64,000 nucleotides of DNA from Candidatus Magasanikbacteria bacterium RIFCSPHIGHO2_02_FULL_48_18. GTDB lineage: Bacteria > Patescibacteriota > Patescibacteriia > Magasanikbacterales > UBA922. Positions 38,224-47,482 of this stretch are shown here, one piece after another. Location of the stretch: NCBI GenBank assembly GCA_001784285.1, contig MFQC01000001.1, forward strand, positions 29,780 to 93,779. The letters run 5' to 3'. Each line of letters begins with the position of its first letter. Position 1 is the stretch's first letter. The notes below the pieces were generated by a model that was not told where the DNA came from, ran no database searches, and saw nothing but the letters and a program-made list of their open reading frames with translations. Made by a program: the position numbers and the translations under genes.

Positions 38224-38253
38224 ATCTTCTCTCTCATTACATTGACAAAAAGA

Positions 38254-39693
38254 TTATACAATTTGTTTTACTTCAAGTAGATTAACATGGCCCGCGTGGC
38301 CGACCGGCTCCCCTGCCGCAACAATAATATTATCATGAGCCTTGATGGCTTTTTGTTTTTTTAAGGCGCTGATTGACCGTTCGATCAACTCTTCAATCGA
38401 ATTGCACGGAACGAGAAGAAACGGTTTAATACCCCACGACACATTTAACTGGTGGCGCACTCGTTCACTGCTGGTCGCAACCACAATGGGCAACTCCGGT
38501 CTATGCCGACTAATAAGCCTTCCAGTATCCCCGGTAATCGACGCCGCAAGAATAAGTTTTGCGGAAACGTCCTCTGCCAAAATTTTTGATAATTCGCTGA
38601 TCACGTCGTCAATACTGCGTTTTTTTGCGCCAAAACTGCGTGACGGCATGTTGTCGTACACCGACTGTTCGGTTTTGAGAATGATATCCGCCATCGTTTG
38701 TACGGCTTCAACCGGAAATTGGCCGGTCGCGGTTTCGTTCGACAGCATAACCGCGTCAGTATGGTCAATAACGGCGTTCGCGACGTCCGACACCTCGGCT
38801 CTCGTAGGCCGCGGGTGCGACTGCATGGAATCGAGCATCTGCGTCGCCACAATCACCGGTTTTGCGGCGTCAAGCGCTTTGTCAATCAACTGTTTTTGAA
38901 TCAACGGAACATCTTCAGCCGGCACCTCGATACCCAAGTCTCCGCGCGCGATCATAATGCCATCCGCCGCGTCCAAAATTTCTTCTATATGTTTCACGGC
39001 CTCATGGCGCTCTATTTTGGCAATAATGCGGACCGGCATTTCACGCGACACGCCAAAATCTTTTTCGTATTGTTCAATCACATATTTGAGGTCAAAGACG
39101 TCTTTTGCGCTCATCACAAATGACAGCGCAATCGTATCAATGCCGTGCTGTACGCCAAACGCCACATCGTTTTTGTCTTTGTCGGTTAACGCGCTCACCT
39201 CAAGAGTGGAATCCGGCACATTGATGCCTTTGTGCGATGTCAAAAACCCCCCGTGGACCACGGTCACGATTATGGCCGACCCGCGCACTTCTTTGATCGC
39301 GGTTTCAATTTTTCCGTCGTCCAAAAGCAACCTCTCGCCAACACGGACATGCTGGTGCAAAGCCTCGTAATCAACGGGAATGACGCCGGGCGCGTATGCT
39401 TTTTGCGATGTGTCAAAACACACGACCGCATGGTCTGTGAGGACGACCCCCTCTTTGGGAAGCGCGCCAACGCGAATCTTCGGACCCTGGAGGTCTTGTA
39501 TGATGAGAATCGGCTCTCCGGTCTTTTTTTCCACCTGCCGCACGCGCTCAATAAGCATGGCGTGGTGCTCGCGGGTGCCGTGAGAAAAATTCAATCGTGC
39601 CACATTCATGCCGCTTTTTACCATGTCGGTTATCGTTGTAACGGTCTCGGACGATGGGCCAAGCGTGCATACAATTTTTGTTCTTTTGCGCAT
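38254..39693 (-). CDS. pyk: pyruvate kinase
   Basis: MRKRTKIVCTLGPSS start. MIARGDLGIEVP and VATQMLDSM motifs. Confidence 0.9.
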   Translation of the reverse strand: MRKRTKIVCTLGPSSETVTTITDMVKSGMNVARLNFSHGTREHHAMLIERVRQVEKKTGEPILIIQDLQGPKIRVGALPKEGVVLTDHAVVCFDTSQKAYAPGVIPVDYEALHQHVRVGERLLLDDGKIETAIKEVRGSAIIVTVVHGGFLTSHKGINVPDSTLEVSALTDKDKNDVAFGVQHGIDTIALSFVMSAKDVFDLKYVIEQYEKDFGVSREMPVRIIAKIERHEAVKHIEEILDAADGIMIARGDLGIEVPAEDVPLIQKQLIDKALDAAKPVIVATQMLDSMQSHPRPTRAEVSDVANAVIDHTDAVMLSNETATGQFPVEAVQTMADIILKTEQSVYDNMPSRSFGAKKRSIDDVISELSKILAEDVSAKLILAASITGDTGRLISRHRPELPIVVATSSERVRHQLNVSWGIKPFLLVPCNSIEELIERSISALKKQKAIKAHDNIIVAAGEPVGHAGHVNLLEVKQIV

Positions 39694-39710
39694 AAAAAAA
39701 CACTTGTGAT

Positions 39711-40973
39711 TTATTCCGTATCTGCCGGGTATTCTTCCAAGGTGACCGAAACGTCTTTTTCTTTTCCATCATGAAGAATTTTCAGCATTATCTGTTCTTC
39801 GACGCCATACCCCGCGATTTTTTTCGACAAAGAATCTTTATCTTCAAGTTTTTCTCCATTGATCTCAAGAATAATATCATTTTCCTCAAGGCCTGCCTTA
39901 TCCGCGGGCGATCCCGGAATAACGCCCAACTGTTCCGGCGTGTCACCGCGGACAACGAGGACGCCATAGGTAACCGGCAAAGCATTTTCTTCCGCAAGCC
40001 GGGGTGTTACCGGAATATATCGAATGCCAAGCCACGGGCGAACAATGCGTCCGGTTGCAATAACGCTCTCAATGCTTCGTTTAACCGTATTGATGGGTAT
40101 GGCGAATCCGACCAATTGTCCTTGGCGAGAAACCGCGGTATTGATCCCAATCACCTGGCCGGCGAGGTTGAGAAGCGGTCCGCCCGAATTTCCTGGATTG
40201 ATGGCCGCGTCGGTCTGAATGGCCTCTTCAAGAATTTCGCTTTGCCCCAATCCATCACCCGCTTCAACGCGACGATTGACGCCGCTCACGACACCGCGCG
40301 TGACCGTATTGCCAAATTCTGCGAGTGCATTGCCAATGGCGATCACGGTCTGCCCTAATTGCACGCTCTCCGAGTCTCCAAGGGCCAACACCGGAAAAGT
40401 ATCTCCTTCAATACGAAGGAGGGCCACGTCAAAGACCGGATCTTTTGCAACCACGGTCGCATTATATTCTGTGCCATCGGTCAAAATAACCGTATAAACC
40501 GCTGTCTCGTCTTCCACCACATGACGATTGGTCACCACCAGTCCATCTTTGGTAACCAAAAAACCGCTACCCCCGCCAACCTGCTGGAGTTTATTTTTTT
40601 CTTCTGTCTTTTTTTGATCATCCGGCTCGCCTCCTTGAGGCACATCAAAAAAAGGAAATCCAAAAAAATCATCAAACGGAAATGATTGGATATTTGGTTC
40701 AAGCGTTGAAATATCTTTTTTGATTGCAATACTCACCACGGCCTGATTCGCCGAGCGAACGACGTCAATCGTCGCAGATTCTTCATCAAGATACCCGGTT
40801 TCCCGAAGAGTGCCGGCGTCATCTCCTCCCGATAACCACTGCCTTTCGATCGGCGTCTTTATCCCAATAAGAGAAACAGTTGCCAGGGTTACGACAACAC
40901 TGACCACGACCGTACCGGCAAAAAGAAAAAAAGGGAGAAAAAAGAATCTGTGTTGTTTCATATAATAATGCAA
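39711..40973 (-). CDS. htrA: HtrA/DegP-family serine protease with a C-terminal PDZ domain
   Basis: N-terminal TM. Catalytic GNSGGPLLNLAGQVIGINTA. PDZ-like VTYGVLVVRGDTPEQLGVIPGSPADKAGLEENDIILEINGEKL. Confidence 0.85.
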   Translation of the reverse strand: MHYYMKQHRFFFLPFFLFAGTVVVSVVVTLATVSLIGIKTPIERQWLSGGDDAGTLRETGYLDEESATIDVVRSANQAVVSIAIKKDISTLEPNIQSFPFDDFFGFPFFDVPQGGEPDDQKKTEEKNKLQQVGGGSGFLVTKDGLVVTNRHVVEDETAVYTVILTDGTEYNATVVAKDPVFDVALLRIEGDTFPVLALGDSESVQLGQTVIAIGNALAEFGNTVTRGVVSGVNRRVEAGDGLGQSEILEEAIQTDAAINPGNSGGPLLNLAGQVIGINTAVSRQGQLVGFAIPINTVKRSIESVIATGRIVRPWLGIRYIPVTPRLAEENALPVTYGVLVVRGDTPEQLGVIPGSPADKAGLEENDIILEINGEKLEDKDSLSKKIAGYGVEEQIMLKILHDGKEKDVSVTLEEYPADTE

Positions 40974-41003
40974 TATGTATCGGGGCTGAGAGAACAGGCG
41001 CCC

Positions 41004-41339
41004 TTATTGTTTTTGTTTTTCAAGCTGACGGACGAATTCCTCAAGTTGCGCGTTCCCCGCCTTAGAAAACATCTCGGAAAATACCGACGTATTCGATGAT
41101 GGGTTGATTAATCCCGTCAGCTGATTGTATTGATTCCAAAACTGTTTCAGCAAAGAAGGCAGGTAAATCACACCCAAAATAATGGGAACGAGAATGAACA
41201 ATAATCGAATATAATTCCCCCAGACCATTGCCGTGAGCCGCCGTTGAATTTTTTTCTGCTGGAGAATCACTTGTTCGGTCAAGACGATATTTTTTTGAAC
41301 CAAGGATGCCATGTCGTTTGTTTGGTCTGTTGGTGTCAT
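41004..41339 (-). CDS. hypothetical small single-pass membrane protein
   Basis: TM LFILVPIILGVIYLP. No recognisable domain. Confidence 0.3.
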   Translation of the reverse strand: MTPTDQTNDMASLVQKNIVLTEQVILQQKKIQRRLTAMVWGNYIRLLFILVPIILGVIYLPSLLKQFWNQYNQLTGLINPSSNTSVFSEMFSKAGNAQLEEFVRQLEKQKQ

Positions 41340-41348
41340 ATGAAAAAA

Positions 41349-41834
41349 TTAAGAACGGGACGTATCTCGATTCTTTTTTTGAAGCAGGGCAATTTCATCT
41401 TGAAATGTCGCCACGTCTTCAAACGCCCGGTAGATAGACGCAAAACGGATATACGCCACCTTATCAAATCGTTTGAGATGCTTCATCACCACCTCGCCCA
41501 CTTCGGCGCTGGTGATTTCTCTTTTTTTCTTTTTTTGGATATCTCGCTCAATCGCATGGATCAGCCGGTCAAACCGCTCTTGCGTATACGGCCGCTTGGT
41601 CAAAGAATGAAGAATGCCCTGTTCAAGCTTGTTGCGAGCATAGGTTTCTCTCCGGCCGTCTCGTTTGACGACGACCACATCGAGCAGTTCCACTTCTTCC
41701 ACCGTTGAAAAACGGTACCCGCACAAGAGGCATTCGCGGCGCCGACGCACGGCGCTACCGTCTTGCGCCATACGAGAATCAATGACTTTGGTTTCTTTCG
41801 AATTGCAAACGGGACAATACATAGATGCCTCCAT
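41349..41834 (-). CDS. nrdR: transcriptional repressor NrdR
   Basis: Zinc ribbon MYCPVCNS...CLLCGYRF, then an ATP-cone (VVKRDGRRETYARNKLEQGI). Start at MEASMYCP (41834) or MYCP (41822). The ORF-track start at 42170 would overlap ftsZ and the terminator. Confidence 0.8.
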   Translation of the reverse strand: MEASMYCPVCNSKETKVIDSRMAQDGSAVRRRRECLLCGYRFSTVEEVELLDVVVVKRDGRRETYARNKLEQGILHSLTKRPYTQERFDRLIHAIERDIQKKKKREITSAEVGEVVMKHLKRFDKVAYIRFASIYRAFEDVATFQDEIALLQKKNRDTSRS

Positions 41835-41843
41835 TGTATCAAT

Positions 41844-41880
41844 AGAATAAAAAAAAGAAAACCCCTGTGAGAGGTTTTCA
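41844..41880 (-). terminator. rho-independent terminator downstream of ftsZ
   Basis: On the minus strand, GAAAACC-9 nt loop-GGTTTTC followed by TTTTTTTATTC, about 20 nt after the ftsZ stop. Confidence 0.55.
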
Positions 41881-41901
41881 AGAACTAATAATAACACCCC
41901 G

Positions 41902-43173
41902 CTACATTCCCATTTTCTTCCGAATAAAGGTGGGAATTTCCAAGTCATCTTTTGCATTTTTTGGATTTTTTGGCGCAGAGGTTCGAGATGGAGGCGCATC
42001 CCCGCCGAAAACGGATAGTTCGGGATCGTGCGATACTGGCTTTGCGAGAAATGGCGTTTTAGATTCTTTTTCTTCTGTTTCATCCGCCTCTCCCGCCTCT
42101 GGCGGAGGGTTAAACAGCGATTTTCGTTTGGTAAAAAGTCCGGGCGAGTAGACTGTTTTTTTCTTTCCAAACGATTGCGGCATGTCTTCGTCTGAAAGAG
42201 TCATCTTTCTTTCCCGCTCCCGATCTTCAAATCCTGTGGCAATGACCGTAATGCGGATGTCTTCGCCCATGGTTTCGTCAATCACCGCGCCAAAAATAAC
42301 TTTTGCGTTATCGTCGGCTGAGCTCGTAATAATTTTTGCCGCCTCAGCGACTTCTTGCATGCCGAGACTCGTGCCGCCGGTAATGGTAAAGAGAATACCG
42401 CGGGCGCCGTCAATCGAAATCTCGAGCAATGGGCTCGAAATGGCGGCATGAGCGGCATCGACGGCCCTGTTTTCTCCTGTCCCAATGCCAATACCCATAA
42501 GCGCGGAGCCGGTATCGCGCATGATGGTCTTGACATCGGCAAAGTCCACGTTGATAAGCCCCGGAACCGTAATGAGTTCAGAAATTCCCTGCACTCCCTG
42601 ACGAAGCACTTCATCAACCGTGGTAAATGCGTCAAGGAGCGATGTTTTTTTATCAATAATTTGGAGCACTCGATCGTTCGGAATCGTGATGATGGTATCC
42701 ACACTTCGGCAGAGCTCATTATACGCGCCCTCGGCAATGGCCGAACGTTGCGGCCCTTCAAACGTAAATGGTTTGGTGACAACCGCGACGGTGAGCGCTC
42801 CCACTTCTCGCGCGATTTCCGCGATGACCGGGCTTGCCCCAGAACCCGTGCCGCCGCCAAGACCGCAAGTGATAAACACCATGTCCGCATCTTTTAAGGC
42901 TTCCCGAATTTCATTTTGCGATTCTTCCGCACTGCGTTTTCCCATTTCGGGATCCATGCCCGCGCCCAACCCTCGCGTGACTGTCTTTCCAATATGGAGT
43001 TTGCGCGATGCGCCATTGTGATGCAATGCCTGGACATCGGTATTCATCGCAATAAATTCAACCCCTCGTATACCGCTCCGAACCATTCGGTCAACGGCAG
43101 AACCGCCCGAGCCGCCAACGCCAATAACAAGAATTTTTGCAAAGGTCTCTATTTCTGGTTTCACTTGGGGCAT
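41902..43173 (-). CDS. ftsZ: cell division GTPase FtsZ
   Basis: [13 protein letters not shown] and the tubulin signature [16 protein letters not shown]. Confidence 0.9.
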   Translation of the reverse strand: MPQVKPEIETFAKILVIGVGGSGGSAVDRMVRSGIRGVEFIAMNTDVQALHHNGASRKLHIGKTVTRGLGAGMDPEMGKRSAEESQNEIREALKDADMVFITCGLGGGTGSGASPVIAEIAREVGALTVAVVTKPFTFEGPQRSAIAEGAYNELCRSVDTIITIPNDRVLQIIDKKTSLLDAFTTVDEVLRQGVQGISELITVPGLINVDFADVKTIMRDTGSALMGIGIGTGENRAVDAAHAAISSPLLEISIDGARGILFTITGGTSLGMQEVAEAAKIITSSADDNAKVIFGAVIDETMGEDIRITVIATGFEDRERERKMTLSDEDMPQSFGKKKTVYSPGLFTKRKSLFNPPPEAGEADETEEKESKTPFLAKPVSHDPELSVFGGDAPPSRTSAPKNPKNAKDDLEIPTFIRKKMGM

Positions 43174-43220
43174 ACACGAAAAATTACGAGGAAAACCGAA
43201 CCAATGTTATTTCTGAACAC

Positions 43221-43303
43221 ATAAAGTGTTCAGAAAAGAAGAAAATAAAATACACGTGGCATCTTAGTACCAGTGTATAAGGTTTCTCTTGACGTGTCAA
43301 GAA
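43221..43303. promoter_or_regulatory. inverted repeats in the ftsA-ftsZ intergenic region (candidate regulator binding sites in the ftsZ promoter region)
   Basis: TGAACAC-ATAAA-GTGTTCA at 43221-43239. CTTGAC-GT-GTCAAG at 43290-43303. A further GTGTTCA copy lies near 43325. Confidence 0.3.
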
Positions 43304-43350
43304 AAATCAATTGTTTTGTGTATAAGTGTTCAAACCGGGCTGAAAAAACG

Positions 43351-44619
43351 CTATGGCATGAGTGACTTCCAAATTCCTTGCAGACTTTTGAGCACTTTAC
43401 CCGCGTGCTTTAAAGGAGAACGGGATGCGCGCGCTCCCTGATGATAGAGACGGCTCCCCCACGCCACCAAGCCAACAGAAGCAGTAAACGCGACATCATT
43501 CACCCGCGCATGCCCGCTCGTAATAAAGAGCGGGTAGCCAAGCGACGCAGGCAATTGCATGATTTCTTTTGCCAGCGGGACAAGCCCGTGTATTTTTGCT
43601 CCCCCGCCGGAAAAAATAACTCCTGCCGGCAGGCGTCCATCGCAATGAACCTGTGCAAGCTTTTGATTGACTTGCGACAGAATTTCCGCCATGCGATCCT
43701 CAATAATCTCGGCGATATAATACAAGGAAACGAGCTCACCGCGCTCGGACCCAAAATCCATGAGATCAATTTTTTGTTTTTTATTGACGTCTTTTGCCAC
43801 GCACGATCCATATTCCATTTTTATTTTTTCCGCGATATCAATGGTTGTTTTCAACAATAAGGCAATATCATTGGTCACATGTTCCGAGCCAAGAGGCAAA
43901 ACCGACGTCTCAACAATATCGCCCCCTTCATAGACCACAATGCTTGTCGTCGAACTCCCAATATTGACAACGGACGCTCCAAGCTCTCTCTGGCGCGGGG
44001 TAGTGACAATTTCTCCGGTCGCGAGAATAGAAAGGACCAAATCGTCAATATCAATGCCCGTGCGATAGACCGCTTTGGTGATATTTTTCATGTGAGCGGT
44101 GAGCCCGTAGATAATCTGCGTATCGACTTCCAGCCGGATGCCGGTCATGCCGACCGGGTCTTGGATGCCGGTTTGGCTATCCACATGAAACGTCCGAGGG
44201 ATAACATGAAGAATTTCATAATTGAGAGGCACAGCCACCGTTTTTGCCGCGTCAATAGCGCGGTCCACGTCTTCTGTTGATATTTCTCCATCCGATTTTG
44301 CAACCGCGACCACCCCTTTGCTCTGCTGAGAAAGAATATGAATGCCGGAAATGCCAATCCATGCGTGTTCGATGGGGACGCCGATAAGACGCTCAATTTC
44401 TTCAAGCGCATTCGACAGGGCGGAAACCGTTTCTTCAATACTCGATATGGCTCCTTTTTGGATTCCTTCGGACGGCACTTCCACCAACCCAATAATCTGG
44501 ACTTCCTCTCTTCCGTCCATGCCCATGGTCGGCTGTCCCACAGCCACGCGGATTGCCGTTGACCCAATATCAATGCCAACAATCAGTTCGGTAAATTGTT
44601 TTCCCTTTTTTGAAAACAT
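43351..44619 (-). CDS. ftsA: cell division protein FtsA
   Basis: Actin-fold phosphate-1 motif LIVGIDIGSTAIRVAVG, and C-terminal GGGAKIHGLVPLAKEIM. Start set at MFSKKGKQF. Confidence 0.85.
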   Translation of the reverse strand: MFSKKGKQFTELIVGIDIGSTAIRVAVGQPTMGMDGREEVQIIGLVEVPSEGIQKGAISSIEETVSALSNALEEIERLIGVPIEHAWIGISGIHILSQQSKGVVAVAKSDGEISTEDVDRAIDAAKTVAVPLNYEILHVIPRTFHVDSQTGIQDPVGMTGIRLEVDTQIIYGLTAHMKNITKAVYRTGIDIDDLVLSILATGEIVTTPRQRELGASVVNIGSSTTSIVVYEGGDIVETSVLPLGSEHVTNDIALLLKTTIDIAEKIKMEYGSCVAKDVNKKQKIDLMDFGSERGELVSLYYIAEIIEDRMAEILSQVNQKLAQVHCDGRLPAGVIFSGGGAKIHGLVPLAKEIMQLPASLGYPLFITSGHARVNDVAFTASVGLVAWGSRLYHQGARASRSPLKHAGKVLKSLQGIWKSLMP

Positions 44620-44645
44620 ACAAGACGTCATTGACCACAAGTGTA

Positions 44646-45008
44646 TCAAGGAGAAACGAAAAATTCAATCACATGCGGAAAAAAAATAATGATCCCGATG
44701 AGCGCGGCCCCGCAGGACGCGAGAAAAACCACGCCCGCCATGATATCTTTTGTAATTTCCACATGCATGCTCAGCCGCGGCTTCACAATATCCATAAACT
44801 TTTCGACCGCGCTATTCACCAATTCCAATACTAAAATAAAAAGGATGAGCCAGAGAATGACAATTATTTCATTGCGGCTGAGACGGAAAAAAACTCCTGC
44901 CCAAAATACCAAAAAGCCGATAGACAGCTGAATGCGAAAATTCTGTTCATGAGAAAACACGTATCGTATGCCCCGAGTTGCGGCATGGATGCTGTGAAAG
45001 AGTTTCAT
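44646..45008 (-). CDS. dgkA: diacylglycerol kinase / undecaprenol kinase (DgkA family)
   Basis: LELVNSAVEKFMD and ITKDIMAGVVFLAS match the prokaryotic DAGK pattern. Three TM helices. 120 aa. Confidence 0.75.
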   Translation of the reverse strand: MKLFHSIHAATRGIRYVFSHEQNFRIQLSIGFLVFWAGVFFRLSRNEIIVILWLILFILVLELVNSAVEKFMDIVKPRLSMHVEITKDIMAGVVFLASCGAALIGIIIFFPHVIEFFVSP

Positions 45009-45012
45009 ACAG

Positions 45013-45468
45013 TCAATTTTTTTTTCTGAAAAGCGCGCGCTTCAATATGGCCTCCTGAAGAGGAAACATTTTTTTTGCGTCCGAAGAAGTCATGTGGTCG
45101 TATCCAAAGAGATGAAGGACACCATGAATAACCATGCGTCGTGCTTCTTCGAGAGGAGAAACGCCAAATCGTTTTGCCTGTTGTACCACAAAGGGCACGC
45201 ATAAAAACAAGTCCCCCATGTCGCCCTTTGCGGCGGGATAAGCCGGTCCTTTGTTTCGCTTGCCTTCTTGCGTCGGAAAAGACAGCACATCGGTTGGCCG
45301 GTTCACCCCGCGATATTGTCTGTTCAATGTTTTTATTTTTTGTTCTCCAACAAAATGAATACTTGCCTCAAATGGTCCAAACTGTTTTTCGGCTTCTCTC
45401 AATACGGAAACAATGCTTTTTTTTGAAAAGGGCAAGCGCCGGAGCGAACAAAACATATTCCAAGGCAT
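45013..45468 (-). CDS. ybeY: rRNA maturation endoribonuclease YbeY
   Basis: Metal-binding HGVLHLFGYDH motif. 151 aa. The ybeY-dgkA adjacency is a typical arrangement. Confidence 0.8.
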   Translation of the reverse strand: MPWNMFCSLRRLPFSKKSIVSVLREAEKQFGPFEASIHFVGEQKIKTLNRQYRGVNRPTDVLSFPTQEGKRNKGPAYPAAKGDMGDLFLCVPFVVQQAKRFGVSPLEEARRMVIHGVLHLFGYDHMTSSDAKKMFPLQEAILKRALFRKKN

Positions 45469-45482
45469 ACCAAAAGCGACAC

Positions 45483-46598
45483 TTACGCAGAAGGGATATC
45501 GAGCAAAACCTGATCCGGGATTTCAACCGACGTTTGCTCGGGGCGAAAACTTTGTATCATCATTTGCATGACTTGCCGAAAAAAGATATTGGGCGTCTGC
45601 GCCGGATGATAGATAATGATAAAGACGCGAGCCTCGAGGGCCGCGTAGGCAACCATGCCATCTTTGCGGACAAATAAATCCTCCTCAAATCGATTGACGA
45701 CAGAACTCAAATCGCTATACAACTGATCGCTTGCGTGGGCGCCAAACCATGCGGAGAACGACTCTTCTGCTTTTTTCTCTATGGTATAGAGAGCGATATA
45801 ATCACCCGACAAATCACTGAATAACACCTGGCTCGCCTGCGGATCAACCGCGCCAACGCCCCAGGTGCCCGGATAATACACCCGATATTGCCATTGGGGA
45901 TTGATATATTCCAAAATAAGTCCGGAATCAATAAGTTTTCTTGGGGCGAGTCCTTTGGGATTGTACAAATTATACACTTCCTGTCCGTCATAATACCCAT
46001 CCCCATCCGTATCCCACGATCCGCTATCCGTGCCAAAAATTTCTTCTTCAATATCCGTGAGCCCGTCATCGTCCACGTCATCGCTTCCGGTAAAATAAAA
46101 ATCAGGAAAAATGAGCGTGATGAGAGAAGCGCTTGATGTGGGAGATGCTGGAGGAATCTGTTCATCCGTTGTGGTCGTAACGCCGCTCTCTTCCAAGGCC
46201 TCTTGAACCGGAGAAGATGTTGCCACCGATTCCTGCGATGTTTGGATCGGCGCTGGTTTTTTTTGCGCGCTCGCGATTGGGTTCTCGCCCGAGGCATCCC
46301 GGATATAATACCACGTGGTGGCTACCGCAATAAGGCAAAAAAGGACCCCGCCGCCAATCATCATCACTTTTTTATTTCGAAAAAAATGAAACAAAAAAAG
46401 AGAGCTCGCTCCGCCTTTCTGGGCGGAAGGAGGAACAATTTTTTTCTTTTCCGAAACAATCGTCGTTGCGTCTTTTGCAGGAGCGGCATAGATATCCGGA
46501 TTTTTTCCTCCATAAAAAATATCGGGGATCGTATGAATCACGACGGACGCGAGGTGTTGATCGGGAATGGTTTTTTCTTTTTTTCGACCAAATATCAT
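45483..46598 (-). CDS. membrane-anchored protein with thrombospondin-type-3-like calcium-binding Asp-rich repeats
   Basis: A single TM (VMMIGGGVLFCLIAVATTWYYI). Ectodomain DDVDDDGLTDIEEEIFGTDSGSWDTDGDGYYDGQEVYNLYNP, plus a C-terminal region of unknown fold. Confidence 0.45.
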   Translation of the reverse strand: MIFGRKKEKTIPDQHLASVVIHTIPDIFYGGKNPDIYAAPAKDATTIVSEKKKIVPPSAQKGGASSLFLFHFFRNKKVMMIGGGVLFCLIAVATTWYYIRDASGENPIASAQKKPAPIQTSQESVATSSPVQEALEESGVTTTTDEQIPPASPTSSASLITLIFPDFYFTGSDDVDDDGLTDIEEEIFGTDSGSWDTDGDGYYDGQEVYNLYNPKGLAPRKLIDSGLILEYINPQWQYRVYYPGTWGVGAVDPQASQVLFSDLSGDYIALYTIEKKAEESFSAWFGAHASDQLYSDLSSVVNRFEEDLFVRKDGMVAYAALEARVFIIIYHPAQTPNIFFRQVMQMMIQSFRPEQTSVEIPDQVLLDIPSA

Positions 46599-46627
46599 AG
46601 TGCGTACAGCATATCGGCTCCCAAGGT

Positions 46628-47440
46628 CTATGATGACGTTGCAGGAGTGCCAACGTCAAAAATTCTTCCAGGGCCGGCCGGATTATACCCTGCTTTTACT
46701 TCTTGACCGTCGAGATACCCATCCCCATCAGTATCTGGATTCAGCGGATCAGTTTTCCATGCCAACACCTCGTCTCCGTCACTCAGCCCATCGCTATCCG
46801 AATCCCAATGGAGCGGATCGGTCCCCACATCTTTTTCATCCCCGTCACTGATGCCGTCACTGTCACTATCAATAGGTTCGCCAAATAATATTTGTTCATC
46901 AACTGAAAATTGCGGAGCCGGCGGTTGGGTGTTTTGTTCTCCGGACGGTACCGGCTGGCCGCTGGTTTCTCCGGTTTGCTCCGCTGTCTGGGTCGGCTGA
47001 ATATCGACCTCGTTTGTGTCTTGAATAAACACACGGTAGACGTACCATCCGGCAAAACCAAGAAATAATACCCCAACTCCGGCAATCAGCCCGATCGCCA
47101 GACCCCGGCTCAACAATGGCTCCTTCATTGGGTAGTCCATTTGTTCTTCCGGTGGTGTGATAATTTTGGGCGGGACATCCGGAGGCTGCGACGGCACCAT
47201 ATCTAATGATTCGGGAGACGATTTCGGTTTTAAAATTCCTGCTTGTATTGCTGTTTTTGGCGTGGAAAATTCCGGCGCGACACCGAACGAATCCGGATTT
47301 TTTTCTAACGGATTGGGCTCGCTTATCGGAACGGTTTCATCCGCAGATACATCGGTTTGACCAAAAATATCTTCCGGCTCTGCCGTGGGAAGATTGGGCG
47401 GGACAGAACCTTTTGGTTGGAGTGCTGAATCATCAAACAT
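46628..47440 (-). CDS. membrane-anchored protein with thrombospondin-type-3-like calcium-binding repeats (paralog of 45483-46598)
   Basis: Pro-rich N-terminus, a single TM (LAIGLIAGVGVLFLGFAGWYVY), and a C-terminal DSDSDGISDGDEKDVGTDPLHWDSDSDGLSDGDE...DTDGDGYLDGQEVKAGYNPAGPG. Confidence 0.45.
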   Translation of the reverse strand: MFDDSALQPKGSVPPNLPTAEPEDIFGQTDVSADETVPISEPNPLEKNPDSFGVAPEFSTPKTAIQAGILKPKSSPESLDMVPSQPPDVPPKIITPPEEQMDYPMKEPLLSRGLAIGLIAGVGVLFLGFAGWYVYRVFIQDTNEVDIQPTQTAEQTGETSGQPVPSGEQNTQPPAPQFSVDEQILFGEPIDSDSDGISDGDEKDVGTDPLHWDSDSDGLSDGDEVLAWKTDPLNPDTDGDGYLDGQEVKAGYNPAGPGRIFDVGTPATSS

Positions 47441-47482
47441 AGAAAAAATATTATGTATTATAGGAAAGTCAAAATAGTATCA

